DNA from: Acidobacteriota bacterium
GTDB lineage: Bacteria; Acidobacteriota; CAIWXX01
Assembly: GCA_040755995.1 (NCBI GenBank)
Contig: JBFMAF010000055.1
Coordinates: 1 to 64,000 of the forward strand
Length of the DNA: 64,000 nucleotides
Direction of reading: 5' to 3'
Part shown: positions 1 to 9,420 of the stretch, piece after piece
How positions within the stretch are numbered: position 1 is the stretch's first letter
Layout: every line of letters begins with the position of its first letter
Program-made: the position numbers and the translations under genes
The notes under the pieces: model-generated
Told to the model about the DNA's origin: nothing
The model's database searches: none
Seen by the model: the letters and a program-made list of their open reading frames with translations, nothing else

Positions 1-164
1 TGAAGAATCCCTACGCGATTCCGCCCAGTTTCTTACGGTTTCCCCAGTCGGAAATGGGGGAAAAGAATTCCGCCATGCCCGGCGAGCCAAACACCACAAC
101 GCTCACCGAGATCGCATTTGCCTCATCGAGATTGTGGCTCCGCCTGAGCTGTAGGAGGTGTGAG

Positions 165-401
165 ATGTACTACTTTGATCTGGATTCCGCAGCACGCGAT
201 GCAGGCCTCGAGCCGGAGAGACTGAAAGCACTCTGCGACTCGATCCTGCGGGAGTTCCCCAGGGATGAGATGCTATACGAGCTTCATGTGCTGCGTGCAT
301 GCATGGCCCTAAGGAACGGTGACGTCAGCTTTGAAGAGCTGGTGCCGGGCGAGAAGGCTGCGAATGCTGCGGCACAGACCGCCGGGAAGACAGCCGCCTG
401 A
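165..401 (+). CDS. Small hypothetical protein (78 aa)
   Basis: ATG at 165 preceded by AGGAGG; protein-like sequence MYYFDLDSAARDAG...REFPRDEMLYELHVLRAC. The ORF-track start at 54 is less likely. Confidence 0.6.
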   Translation: MYYFDLDSAARDAGLEPERLKALCDSILREFPRDEMLYELHVLRACMALRNGDVSFEELVPGEKAANAAAQTAGKTAA

Positions 402-423
402 ATTCGGGCAACTGGCGAGCACT

Positions 424-1701
424 CTATTGGCCTCCCGATACCGATCCGCGGAATTGCACCTGCTGTCCTACGCGCGCTGAAGCCGGTGCCTTTGCGCTGC
501 AGCCGATGCCCAATGTGGTAGCCCGCGCCTCGGATGTCTCCGGCGCCTGGCTTGCTGATATCGTGATCGTTCCGGACTTGCTGCATGAGCCCGCACCTGG
601 GCGGGTCACGTCCATCCTCCATGTGTAGCTGCCCGCGGCTGTGTACGTGTGAATGGGGTTCTGCCACGTGGAAGCCTTCCCGTCGCCGAAGGTCCATGCC
701 CACTTCGTGCCAGTGTACTCGTGAAAAGTCCAGTCGGGATCGCGGTCGCTACGCGGGTTGTGCGTGAGATTGATCATGCCGTCCGGGAATGCAGACGGAT
801 CGGCCTTCATGAGAAACAACTCTCTATTCCCCATCGCGTTGCCGTCGAAGATGATGTAACCGTCGTTGGGGCCGCTGGTCCACGTCGGCCAGAGGTATGC
901 CTCGTTTCCGGCTCCGAACGTGAGCTGGGTGAGGACCATTCCGCTCTGCTTCATCTTGAATATGTTCGCAGGGCCCTTGGCACCAACGTACTGGTGGTAC
1001 AAGATCCACCCGTCCGCCCTGTTGATCCGTCCCATGTACTCCGCATTCTGATCGCCGGAGCCCAGGAGGAGCTTCACGAGGTTTCCGGCCATGTCCTGAT
1101 AGCCGCTATAGGTGGATCTCTTCTCGCCACCGCTGGGCTCACGGGAGAACAGAACCCACTTCTCGTTGTTGGAGATGCCGAAGGAGTGCGTGTAGCCCAC
1201 GTTGGCGCTCGCCGAGCCCGGGCCCCAGTTGGGGATCTCCTCGTCCTCGCCCGTCTCGAGATTCTTCCTGTGCACGACCGCCACTTCGCCAGGCCAGATT
1301 TTCAGGTAGTACAGCCAGTCGCGATTCTTCGGGCTCCAGCATGCACTGTGAGCCTCGTTGCCCGAGCCCGCGTACGAAGTCACCTGCTGTAGATCGGATC
1401 CATCATCGTTGACGAGGTAGACCTCCCAGCTGTACTTGGCGCTCTTGCTCCCGCTGAACGCGATCTTGGTGCCATCGAGCGACCATCTGGGCTCGCCGAC
1501 AGTCTGCAACCCCCACTTCCCTGGGAAATTCGTGATCCTTCGCAGCTCATTGGTGTGCAGGTTGAGAATCCAGAGGTTCCCTTTTCCGGTGCGATTGGAT
1601 ACAAACACCACCCGGCCGCCGATATCTGGAATCGGAGCTGCCGATGCCGAGACGAACGGAAGCAGGGCCAGCAGAGCCAAGAGGCTCGACTTCGGCAGCA
1701 C
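424..1701 (-). CDS. Exported TolB-like (PD40) beta-propeller protein with C-terminal PKD domain
   Basis: Signal peptide after GTG at 1701 (LLALLALLPFVSASA); PD40-type repeats VFVSNRTG, PRWSLDGTKIAFS, LTHNPRSDRDPDW; PKD signature WTFGDG...NPIHTYTAAGSY. ORF-track start 1914 overlaps the next gene. Confidence 0.8.
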   Translation of the reverse strand: MLPKSSLLALLALLPFVSASAAPIPDIGGRVVFVSNRTGKGNLWILNLHTNELRRITNFPGKWGLQTVGEPRWSLDGTKIAFSGSKSAKYSWEVYLVNDDGSDLQQVTSYAGSGNEAHSACWSPKNRDWLYYLKIWPGEVAVVHRKNLETGEDEEIPNWGPGSASANVGYTHSFGISNNEKWVLFSREPSGGEKRSTYSGYQDMAGNLVKLLLGSGDQNAEYMGRINRADGWILYHQYVGAKGPANIFKMKQSGMVLTQLTFGAGNEAYLWPTWTSGPNDGYIIFDGNAMGNRELFLMKADPSAFPDGMINLTHNPRSDRDPDWTFHEYTGTKWAWTFGDGKASTWQNPIHTYTAAGSYTWRMDVTRPGAGSCSKSGTITISASQAPETSEARATTLGIGCSAKAPASARVGQQVQFRGSVSGGQ

Positions 1702-1823
1702 CTTCCACCTTGTCTTCTCGCCCTTCCGGCACGACACTGACCTATCGCGCGAGGAGTCGTCGCGAAACTTCTCCTGCCACCGTGTGCGCGCTCCTGCGTC
1801 GGACATCATCACATCTCCAATCA

Positions 1824-3308
1824 CTACGGAATGGTCCTCACCAGTCGGAATCCCCGATGATCGTTGGCTCCATAGATATCCGCGGTAGCCCTGCCCCGTC
1901 GCGCCGACCGGCAATCGCCCGGCGCCTGACGAAACCCGCCGCCACGGAATATGCGGGTATCTCCACTGCTCCCCCCCTCATAGTTGGTCACGGTGCCCGT
2001 GGGATATGCACCGTATAGATCCCAGCACCATTCGGAAACGCTGCCGTGCACGTCGTAGAGGTTCCAGGGATGCTTCTTGAGGTTCCAGGATCCAACCACG
2101 TGTGTCGTGCCGAAAGAGTTGGCACAGAACCACGCAACAGACTCCAGACCCTTGAGTGCACCCTGCACGCAGTTCGTGCAGTTTGTGTCGAGGAGAGGCT
2201 CCTTTACCCAGAACGGGGTCGCGGTCCCGGCACGGCAGAAGTACTCCCACTCTCCCTCCGTCGGCAGCCGATACCCCGTCGCCGAGAAGTCGCAGTAATA
2301 TGCGCCTCCTCTGTAGTTGCGAACGCTGATCGGAGCGGTCATCGAGCTGTCGGTGTAATAGCAGATCTTCCGTCCCTGCTCGATGGAGAGCAGGTTGGCA
2401 AGAAGCAGCGCCTCGCACCACGGCACAGACTGCACGGGATGATTGGAGCCGCGCGTGCTTCCTTCGAGCGGAAATGACGGGTCGTTCGGCAGAGCCTTCT
2501 GACGCGATTTCAAGTCTGCCCACATCTTGCGTGTCACCTCCGTCTTCATCACTGCTATATTACGCGTAAGAACGTGCCTGAACTGATACTCGTCTACCGG
2601 CGCCACACGGCACAGCTCGCCAGGTTGTGACCCTTCCTTGAATCCGTTTGTGCCGGTCCATGGGACAAAAATCATCGTTCCGACGATGGAATCGTTCACG
2701 TAAACATCACCTGCCAGCAGGGTTCTCTTTCCCACGTGCACAGTTGCCTCTGCCGTGGCTGTCGAGGAATTCGTCCCCGTCGCAGTGAGCGTGTACTTGC
2801 TTGTAGGTTGTATCGGTAGCACTCGGACACATCCCGCCGGCGGGAAGCTGCCGCCCACGCCCGAGATCCTCACCGAGGTCGTGTTCCTGCATTTCCATGA
2901 AAGAGTCGAGCTCTGGCCCGTCTTGATCCAGCTCGGGTCGGCGCCGAAGGCCAGTACGAACGGCCCGGGACCAGCAAGGACCTCGACGGTGGTCCGGGCG
3001 GTCGTTGAAGACGGGCTGTTCCCGGCCGCGGTCAGCAGGTACTCGGTCGTCGCTACAGGGTAGACGTCGTAGGATCCCTCGGCCAGAAACACTCCTGGGA
3101 TGCCGTCAATCGTGACCACGTTCGTGTACAAGCACTTCCAGCTGAGCGTGGACTTCTCCCCCGGGGAAATCCTGGGCGGGCTGGCTTCGAACTTCTCCAC
3201 GACCGGGTCCGTCATTGGTGACCGCGGTGTGGCCGCGCCGGTCGTCGATCCAAGCGCCAGCAGACCGAGCAGGAGCGCGCGGTACCTTCCCCGGGAATGC
3301 ATCATCAT
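1824..3308 (-). CDS. Exported FGE-sulfatase (SUMF1/CLec-fold) domain protein with two N-terminal Ig-like repeats
   Basis: Signal peptide; two repeats FxAxP..I..G..STLSWKC; motifs TEVT, YRLPTEGEWEY, LYDVHGSVSEWCWD, RGGGF, GFRLVR. Confidence 0.9.
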   Translation of the reverse strand: MMMHSRGRYRALLLGLLALGSTTGAATPRSPMTDPVVEKFEASPPRISPGEKSTLSWKCLYTNVVTIDGIPGVFLAEGSYDVYPVATTEYLLTAAGNSPSSTTARTTVEVLAGPGPFVLAFGADPSWIKTGQSSTLSWKCRNTTSVRISGVGGSFPPAGCVRVLPIQPTSKYTLTATGTNSSTATAEATVHVGKRTLLAGDVYVNDSIVGTMIFVPWTGTNGFKEGSQPGELCRVAPVDEYQFRHVLTRNIAVMKTEVTRKMWADLKSRQKALPNDPSFPLEGSTRGSNHPVQSVPWCEALLLANLLSIEQGRKICYYTDSSMTAPISVRNYRGGAYYCDFSATGYRLPTEGEWEYFCRAGTATPFWVKEPLLDTNCTNCVQGALKGLESVAWFCANSFGTTHVVGSWNLKKHPWNLYDVHGSVSEWCWDLYGAYPTGTVTNYEGGSSGDTRIFRGGGFRQAPGDCRSARRGRATADIYGANDHRGFRLVRTIP

Positions 3309-3327
3309 AATATAATGCCAATCCGTG
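3302..3327. promoter_or_regulatory. Putative bidirectional -10 element serving two divergent leaderless genes
   Basis: TATAAT at 3311-3316 (+) is 8 nt before GTG 3325; overlapping TATATT on the minus strand is 6 nt before ATG 3302; no SD on either side. Confidence 0.5.
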
Positions 3328-5496
3328 ACTCGTTCCAGGCTCGTTGCCAGATCATCGAGTGTGCCGCTTCACGCGCCTTGCCCGTGTGTGGCCCGCGCCC
3401 TGCTGCTGGTTGCCGTTCTGTCCTGCACTCAGCTGCAGGCGCAGACAAACGACGAAGGCCTCGCGAACCTGGCGTTCACGTTCTTGAATCCGGGAGCGCG
3501 CGCTCTGGGCATGGGAGGCGCCTTCCTCGGGATGGCCGACGATGCCACAACCGCTCTCGCCAACCCGGCAGGGCTGGTGAACCTGGTGACGCCAGAGGCC
3601 AGTGTGGAGTTTTCTTCGAGCGCCTATGCCAACGAGATACCATGGACGGGCGGTTCCGTGAGCTACATCAAGAACGGACCGGTGAGCAGCGACTTCAGGT
3701 ACACCTTCCAGCCGGCCGACAATCCAACGACCCTGAACTACATCTCGTTTGCGAGTATCGTCTACCCGCTGGTACCTCGCAAGCTCGTCATCTCGGGCTT
3801 TTATGACGGCCAGACAGGTTTCGAGCGCGGATTCAAGACCCTCGGGTTCCGCAAGTTCGAAAACGGTGAAGAGCTCGGACCCTTCCTGCCGAATCAGAAC
3901 GCGCTGTCGATGCACATGCGGAGTCTCGGCGGAAGCCTGGGGTACCAGCTAGGCAACCGGCTGAGCGTCGGAGCTACCCTGGCCTACTCACGGTTCAGCA
4001 TGGATAGCCAGACGACGCGCTTCATAGATGCGGGGATGACTGCACCGTCCAACAGCGAGTCTCTGAAAGGCGATCAGGGCAAACTCACTGTTACAATAGG
4101 GGGGCTATGCCGCATCTCCGAGCGGCTGAGCCTGGGTGCCGTCTACACGAGGCGGCCCGAGTATGACCTGACATCGACGTTCAGAAGCTACCCGGGACCA
4201 GAGAGCTACCCTCTTGCCGTCCGGTTCAAAGTCCCCGACAAGTTCGGGGCCGGCCTGTCTCTTCGTGCGTCAGAGTCGCTCTCAGTCAATCTCGACGTAG
4301 TCCGTATTCTGTCTGCACAACTGATGGACGGTTACTACAATGCGTACTGCAATCCGGACACGAGTCCCGACACGGTGGAGGGCAGGGACTCGTTTGAAGT
4401 CGCAAGCGGGACGGAGCTCCGCATGGGGCTGGAACACACCATGTTGCTCCGCGACTTCCCGGTCGCAGTGCGTGCCGGATACTGGCGAGAGCCCTACCAC
4501 AGCATGGTTCGCAAGGTCGAGGACGCGCAGATAGTGATCTATGGGACCCCAGGGTTCGGCGACGAGCCTTTCTTCTCGCGCAGCTTCATCAACGCCTCGA
4601 ACCATTTCACGGTCGGTGGCGGTATTGCCACGTCGCGCATCTCGATCGACGCAGCCTTCGACTACTCGAAGCCGTCCAAGCGATTCGTACTCTCGGCAGT
4701 CGTGTACCTGCCGGCGCCAAGGCGCAAGGCAGAAGAGGCGCCTGCGCGTCCTCAACGGCCGGCGCCGGGCGTACTCCCGCCAGGTGCCCTGACGTACGAT
4801 CCGTCGAGGGTCACGCAGGTGGGCTCCCGCCTGTCAGTCGCTGTGCTCCCGTTCGAGTGGGCTGGGGCCGCACAGGATTCAATCGAATCGATGCGGGATC
4901 GCCTCACCTCCCGCCTCGACGCCTTTGCCAGATTCCAGATGATTCCGAAAGGAGAGTGGGAGGCACTGCTGCTATCGAGCGGAGCGGCACTCACTGGCCC
5001 TCTCGACGATACGGCCGCCGTCAAAGCCGGAAGAGGGGCCGGGGTCGATGCTGTGATCTGCGGAAGCGTGATCGAGACGGAAGGTACAGGCAGGGTCACG
5101 GCCCGCCTGATCGACACCGAAACCGGGGAGACCGTCGTCACAAAGGAGACGCTGACCTCTGCTGCGGACCTCGCGTCCATCCTGAAGCTCGCCGGGGATA
5201 TCGCTACGTTGATCTACAACGAAATGCCCCTTGTGGAGGGATGCGTCCTCGACGCCGGTCCCGACCGAGTCTATCTCGACGTGGGCCGCGATGCCGGCGT
5301 GAAGATGGGAACCAGATGCACCGTGTTCCGCGAAGGCTCCGACATCTCCGATCCCGTCACCGGCGCGATCCTCGGCAAGAAATGGGAAAAACTCGGCGAG
5401 CTCGTCGCGATCGAGGTCCAACCCCGCATCTCGATCGCCCGGCCCGTCGGAAAGGTCCAGAAGCTCCGCCCAGGCGACCGCGTCGTCCTACGGTAG
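3325..5496 (+). CDS. FadL/OmpP1-like outer-membrane beta-barrel fused to CsgG/HfaB-like and FlgT_C-like domains
   Basis: NPGARALGMGGAF..ADDATT..NPAGL hatch motif; amphipathic strands to ~aa 462; Pro-rich linker; VAVLPF...GVDAVICGSV...ARLIDTETG; VYLDVGRDAGVK.G..DPVTGAILG..GDRV. Confidence 0.8.
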   Translation: MTRSRLVARSSSVPLHAPCPCVARALLLVAVLSCTQLQAQTNDEGLANLAFTFLNPGARALGMGGAFLGMADDATTALANPAGLVNLVTPEASVEFSSSAYANEIPWTGGSVSYIKNGPVSSDFRYTFQPADNPTTLNYISFASIVYPLVPRKLVISGFYDGQTGFERGFKTLGFRKFENGEELGPFLPNQNALSMHMRSLGGSLGYQLGNRLSVGATLAYSRFSMDSQTTRFIDAGMTAPSNSESLKGDQGKLTVTIGGLCRISERLSLGAVYTRRPEYDLTSTFRSYPGPESYPLAVRFKVPDKFGAGLSLRASESLSVNLDVVRILSAQLMDGYYNAYCNPDTSPDTVEGRDSFEVASGTELRMGLEHTMLLRDFPVAVRAGYWREPYHSMVRKVEDAQIVIYGTPGFGDEPFFSRSFINASNHFTVGGGIATSRISIDAAFDYSKPSKRFVLSAVVYLPAPRRKAEEAPARPQRPAPGVLPPGALTYDPSRVTQVGSRLSVAVLPFEWAGAAQDSIESMRDRLTSRLDAFARFQMIPKGEWEALLLSSGAALTGPLDDTAAVKAGRGAGVDAVICGSVIETEGTGRVTARLIDTETGETVVTKETLTSAADLASILKLAGDIATLIYNEMPLVEGCVLDAGPDRVYLDVGRDAGVKMGTRCTVFREGSDISDPVTGAILGKKWEKLGELVAIEVQPRISIARPVGKVQKLRPGDRVVLR

Positions 5497-5517
5497 GGGC
5501 GACGCATGCGTCGCCCC
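5493..5517 (+). repeat. GTAG-family REP-like palindrome
   Basis: GTAG followed by GGGCGACGC-AT-GCGTCGCCC, overlapping the TAG stop between convergent genes. Confidence 0.65.
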
Positions 5518-5588
5518 CGGCGCACGACGCGCACGGCGCGCGGCGCATGCCCCAGGGGACGGCCTCGCGCCGGCGCGGGCCGCCGGGA

Positions 5589-6821
5589 TCATCGCGTCTC
5601 CGCAAACACCTTCAGGATTCTCGGGGAAATGTAGAGCACGTCATGGCGAAGAGACGCATCGAGCTGGCGGGCGCGCGTGAACGCGTCCCGTGCCTTCTGA
5701 AGGAGCGCCGGCCTTTCCCCCCGTTGCCCGAATCCAAGTGCGGCATAGGAGCAGCCCAAGTAGAAATGCCCCTTCGCAGGGTCCGCGCTGCTCCCGGTGA
5801 CCTTCTCGAGCAGCGCTATCGCCTGGCGGTAGTTGCCTGAATAGAAAGCTGTCAGCCCTTCCTCTTGCAGTTGTGTCGCACTCATCCCGGACAGGCCCTT
5901 CTCAACCGCGCCTTGCAAGCTCCTGAGATCGCCATTCTGCGGATCGATCGCCGCGACCTGTCGTGCCAGCCGCTCCGCCCCAGACCAGTCACCTCCGGCG
6001 ACTGCTGCGCGAAGAGCGTCCAAACCCTGCGCGAGCGAGATCTTCTTCAGCGTGTCCTGCGCTCTCGCGTCGTCGACCCCGGTGCCGAGGGCGACCTGGG
6101 CGCTCTGGCGCGCGGCAGCGTAGTCCTTCGTGCGAAGTGCCTGGTCGGCCTGTTCCATTGCAGATTGGAACGCGCCCTGCTTGTTCTTCTCTCCGGCGGC
6201 GGCGAGCGCCTTGGCTTGCTCGGCGCGAATTTCGTCTTCTTTCCGTGCTATCTGCCCGGCGAGCTCTGTGGCCGCCCGATCGTTCGGATTCACCTTTCGA
6301 ATCCGTTCGAGAATTTCTTTCGCTTGATCTATGCGCCCCTGGCTCAGGAGTGATTGAGCTTCTCGGACCAGGGCGGGTATGTCCTCGACAGGTTGGGCAA
6401 TCGCCGTCGATTCGAGCTTCGTGCTGGCGAGTCGGCTCATCTCATCCAGCGCCTTGTACTCGCGGTCGCCTTTCTGGATCACGCCCGACGCGCGTGCCTT
6501 TTCGAAGCGTGCGATGGCGTCTTCGTATCGGCCCTGAATATAGTAGAGGCGCCCGAGCTGGTAGTCCGGGACATACATGTCGACATACTGCATTCCGTAC
6601 TTCTTGACCTTGCGCCCGGGCTCGGGGTGGAGATCCGCCGCCGCCTTCAGCTTCTGTTCGGCTATCGCAAGGTCATTGGCGGCGATTGCCGCGAGGCCTT
6701 CCTCGTAATACTCCCACCATGCCTTGTCGGCAAGAACCGGCAGGGCGGCGAGGAGCAGGCAGGTCGCCGCGAGGCGTCCGCAATATCCCCTGCGGCGCGA
6801 CGTGTGCCCTACCTGTTCCAT
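5589..6821 (-). CDS. Exported TPR-repeat protein
   Basis: ATG at 6821 overlaps the kinase stop; hydrophobic signal LAATCLLLAALPVLA; TPR motifs YQLGRLYYIQGRYEDAIARFEKA and GHFYLGCSYAALG. Confidence 0.8.
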   Translation of the reverse strand: MEQVGHTSRRRGYCGRLAATCLLLAALPVLADKAWWEYYEEGLAAIAANDLAIAEQKLKAAADLHPEPGRKVKKYGMQYVDMYVPDYQLGRLYYIQGRYEDAIARFEKARASGVIQKGDREYKALDEMSRLASTKLESTAIAQPVEDIPALVREAQSLLSQGRIDQAKEILERIRKVNPNDRAATELAGQIARKEDEIRAEQAKALAAAGEKNKQGAFQSAMEQADQALRTKDYAAARQSAQVALGTGVDDARAQDTLKKISLAQGLDALRAAVAGGDWSGAERLARQVAAIDPQNGDLRSLQGAVEKGLSGMSATQLQEEGLTAFYSGNYRQAIALLEKVTGSSADPAKGHFYLGCSYAALGFGQRGERPALLQKARDAFTRARQLDASLRHDVLYISPRILKVFAETR

Positions 6822-9190
6822 TGTCTTGCGATCTTGCCGGCGTCGAACCCCGGCATGGTGAATACAAACTGCTCGTTGGCGCCCGCGCGGGCCTGCATCG
6901 TTTCGCTCCGCGTAGTCGTGAGCAGATAGCACAGCTCGACGGTGTACTCCCCGGGCTGCAACATCAGGTTGCAGGGTGTCGTCATTTCGTCCTCGGGCAC
7001 CTGCGGCGGCGTCATTCCGGGGAAGCTCGGGATCACCTTCACACGGGCCCATGGTACAGCATCGATACTCACCTCGACGAGCTGCGGCGCGCCAGCCGCC
7101 GGCTCGGCCGGAGCAGAGACGGAGGCCGTCGAGCCCTCGTCATGGGGAGGCACGGGAGCCGGATGCTTCCCGCGGTATCCGAAAAACCAGATCGAGAACA
7201 CGGCGACAATCGCGATGCAAACGGCGGCGGCGGGCCACGCCACGCGGGCTGTGAGCGCGCGCGTGGGGACCCCTGGCCGGTGCACCATCTGGGCCAGTGC
7301 CGTTTGCAGTAATTTGTTCCAGTGAGCATTCCCCGGATCGGCCTGAAGCAGAGGCCCGAGCAGCTCTATGGCCTGAGCGTACTTGTGCTCCATCATGAAC
7401 CTGTGGACAAGCACCTCTCGCCCGGCCTCCGCCATCTCGCTCGGGGTCCACACGGCATCGAATGCCTGCAGTAGATCGCCGGCTGTCTGGAATCGGTCAT
7501 CTGCCTTCTTTTCCAGCAGCCTCAGGATGATATGCTCCAGCTCCTTGGGCAAGTCCGGCACGATGCTCGTGGGTCTCGGCGGCGGTGTCTTGATGTGCGC
7601 CAGCATGACCTGGACGGGGGCCGAAGCCGTGAAGGGGAGCTTGCCCGTGAACACCTCGAACATGATCACACCGACTGCGTAGAGGTCCGCGCGCTGATCG
7701 AAGTCGCGACCTTCGAGCTGTTCCGGAGCCATGTAGGACGGCGTCCCGACCAGCATGCCGTCCTGGGTGAGGCGATCCAGCCCCGAGGCAAGGGACAGGC
7801 CGAAATCCATCACCGACGCGTGCCAGTCCGCGCCGACCATGATGTTATGCGGCTTGAGGTCGCGGTGAATCACGCCGGCGTTGTGCGCTTCTCTAAGGGC
7901 GCTCACGACCTGCCGAATCAGCGGGATCCCATCCGAGGGATTCATGCGGCCCTGCAACTTGATCAGCTCGGAGAGCGTCTTGCCTTCGACGTACTCCATC
8001 GTGACGTAGTCGACACCGTCGCCTCTTCCGATGTCGAAGATGCGGCACGCGTTCCGGTGCGCGACCTTGCGCGCGAGAATCACCTCTCGCTTGAGCCGTT
8101 CGAGTGCGACTGAATCGCCGGCAACCCGCGGATGCATGACCTTGAGTGCCAGCGGGACGTGAAGTGTGTTGTCGAATGCCTTAAAGACTCTGCCCATGCC
8201 ACCGGCGCCGATCTCCTTCTCGATCAAGAATCGCCCGGCGAAGAGGGAGCCGGGCGCGAGCACTGGGGCGCCCCCTGCTTTCGCGATCGGCATGGTCAAC
8301 CGCGAGCTGCGGTCTCCAGCGATGCGCTCCAAGTCGGCGAGGAATTCGGTCATCGAGCCATGCCGGTCGGCGCGTTTCTTCGCGAGGGCACGCAGAATGA
8401 TCGCGTCCAGGTCAGCGGGAATCTGCCCGGGCGGGAAGTGTGAGGAAGGCGGTGCCGGTGCTTCGTTCACGTGCTTGATGATGTAGCCTTGGATCGATGT
8501 CGCATAGAAAGGCAGCTTCCCTGTCAGCATGTGATAGAGAGTCGCGGCGAGCGAGTAGACGTCGGAACGCTGGTCTATCACCTCTCCTGGCTCCAGCATT
8601 CCGCACTGTTCGGGGCTGCTGTACTGCGGCTTCCCGACGTACACGCTGGTGGACAGCATGTGCTGGAGGCCTCCTTCGGCAATGGGTTTTGCGATGCCGA
8701 AGTCGATGACCTTCGTAGCTTCCGTGCCATCTGCCCCTGTGACCAGCAGCAGGTTGTCCGGTGAGACGTCCCGGTGGACTATGCCCAGCGCGTGGGCCGC
8801 GGCGAGCCCTCGCGCGGCCTCTCCGACGATCCGAATCGCTTCGTCGGCCGGAATTCTCTCCAGCCGATTGATTCTCTGCAGGACGCTCTCGCCACGAATC
8901 AGCTCTACGACCATGATAAACGATCCATCATCGAGAGTGCCGAATTCATGGAGCTGAACCAGATTCGGATGCCGCAGTCTGACCAGGATCCTCGCCTCCT
9001 GGATGAAGCGATCCACCGGGTTCACACCCTCCGAGACGTCTGGGCGGACTACCTTGATGGCGCGTTCTTCTTCGAGGTAGACGTGACGAGCGCGGTAAAC
9101 CGCGCCCATCCCGCCGCGCCCGATCTGCTCGAGAATCTCGTACTCGCGGAGACGGCTGCCTACTGGCAACCCCGCCCCCTCAACCGCCAT
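6809..9190 (-). CDS. Membrane Ser/Thr protein kinase with two tandem Hanks-type kinase domains and a C-terminal PEGA-like extracytoplasmic domain
   Basis: Domain 1: GRGGMG, AIK, HRDVSPDN, DFG, SPEQ. Domain 2: GAGGMG, ALK, HRDLKPHN, DFG, GTPSYMAPE. TM segment near aa 685; DAVPWARV tail; AGGAGG SD. Confidence 0.95.
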   Translation of the reverse strand: MAVEGAGLPVGSRLREYEILEQIGRGGMGAVYRARHVYLEEERAIKVVRPDVSEGVNPVDRFIQEARILVRLRHPNLVQLHEFGTLDDGSFIMVVELIRGESVLQRINRLERIPADEAIRIVGEAARGLAAAHALGIVHRDVSPDNLLLVTGADGTEATKVIDFGIAKPIAEGGLQHMLSTSVYVGKPQYSSPEQCGMLEPGEVIDQRSDVYSLAATLYHMLTGKLPFYATSIQGYIIKHVNEAPAPPSSHFPPGQIPADLDAIILRALAKKRADRHGSMTEFLADLERIAGDRSSRLTMPIAKAGGAPVLAPGSLFAGRFLIEKEIGAGGMGRVFKAFDNTLHVPLALKVMHPRVAGDSVALERLKREVILARKVAHRNACRIFDIGRGDGVDYVTMEYVEGKTLSELIKLQGRMNPSDGIPLIRQVVSALREAHNAGVIHRDLKPHNIMVGADWHASVMDFGLSLASGLDRLTQDGMLVGTPSYMAPEQLEGRDFDQRADLYAVGVIMFEVFTGKLPFTASAPVQVMLAHIKTPPPRPTSIVPDLPKELEHIILRLLEKKADDRFQTAGDLLQAFDAVWTPSEMAEAGREVLVHRFMMEHKYAQAIELLGPLLQADPGNAHWNKLLQTALAQMVHRPGVPTRALTARVAWPAAAVCIAIVAVFSIWFFGYRGKHPAPVPPHDEGSTASVSAPAEPAAGAPQLVEVSIDAVPWARVKVIPSFPGMTPPQVPEDEMTTPCNLMLQPGEYTVELCYLLTTTRSETMQARAGANEQFVFTMPGFDAGKIARQWNR

Positions 9191-9420
9191 CGTTCATCCT
9201 CCTGCTACCGGCCGGCTGTGTGGAACAATGGCGCAACATCTCGCCGCATTCCATCGATGCTCGACCGCGGATTCGCCTGAGCACCTGAGCGCATGACCCT
9301 GCAATCCATTATACAACCTTGTCGCAGACCCGTAAGGGACGAGAGCGAGAGGTCGGCTGGCTGGGTGAGTCATCTTTCTTGACACGAACCTGGGTTCTTC
9401 CGAGCCCGCAGTCGCGCGAT

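Noticed and set aside
1824..1980. FGE/CLec C-terminus as a DGR variable region
   Set aside because: No template repeat or reverse transcriptase seen in the window.
9320..9375. GCAGACCC-GTAA-GGGACGAGAGC resembling a c-di-GMP-I riboswitch core
   Set aside because: The stem is too short, the second hairpin is not evident and no gene follows on that strand.
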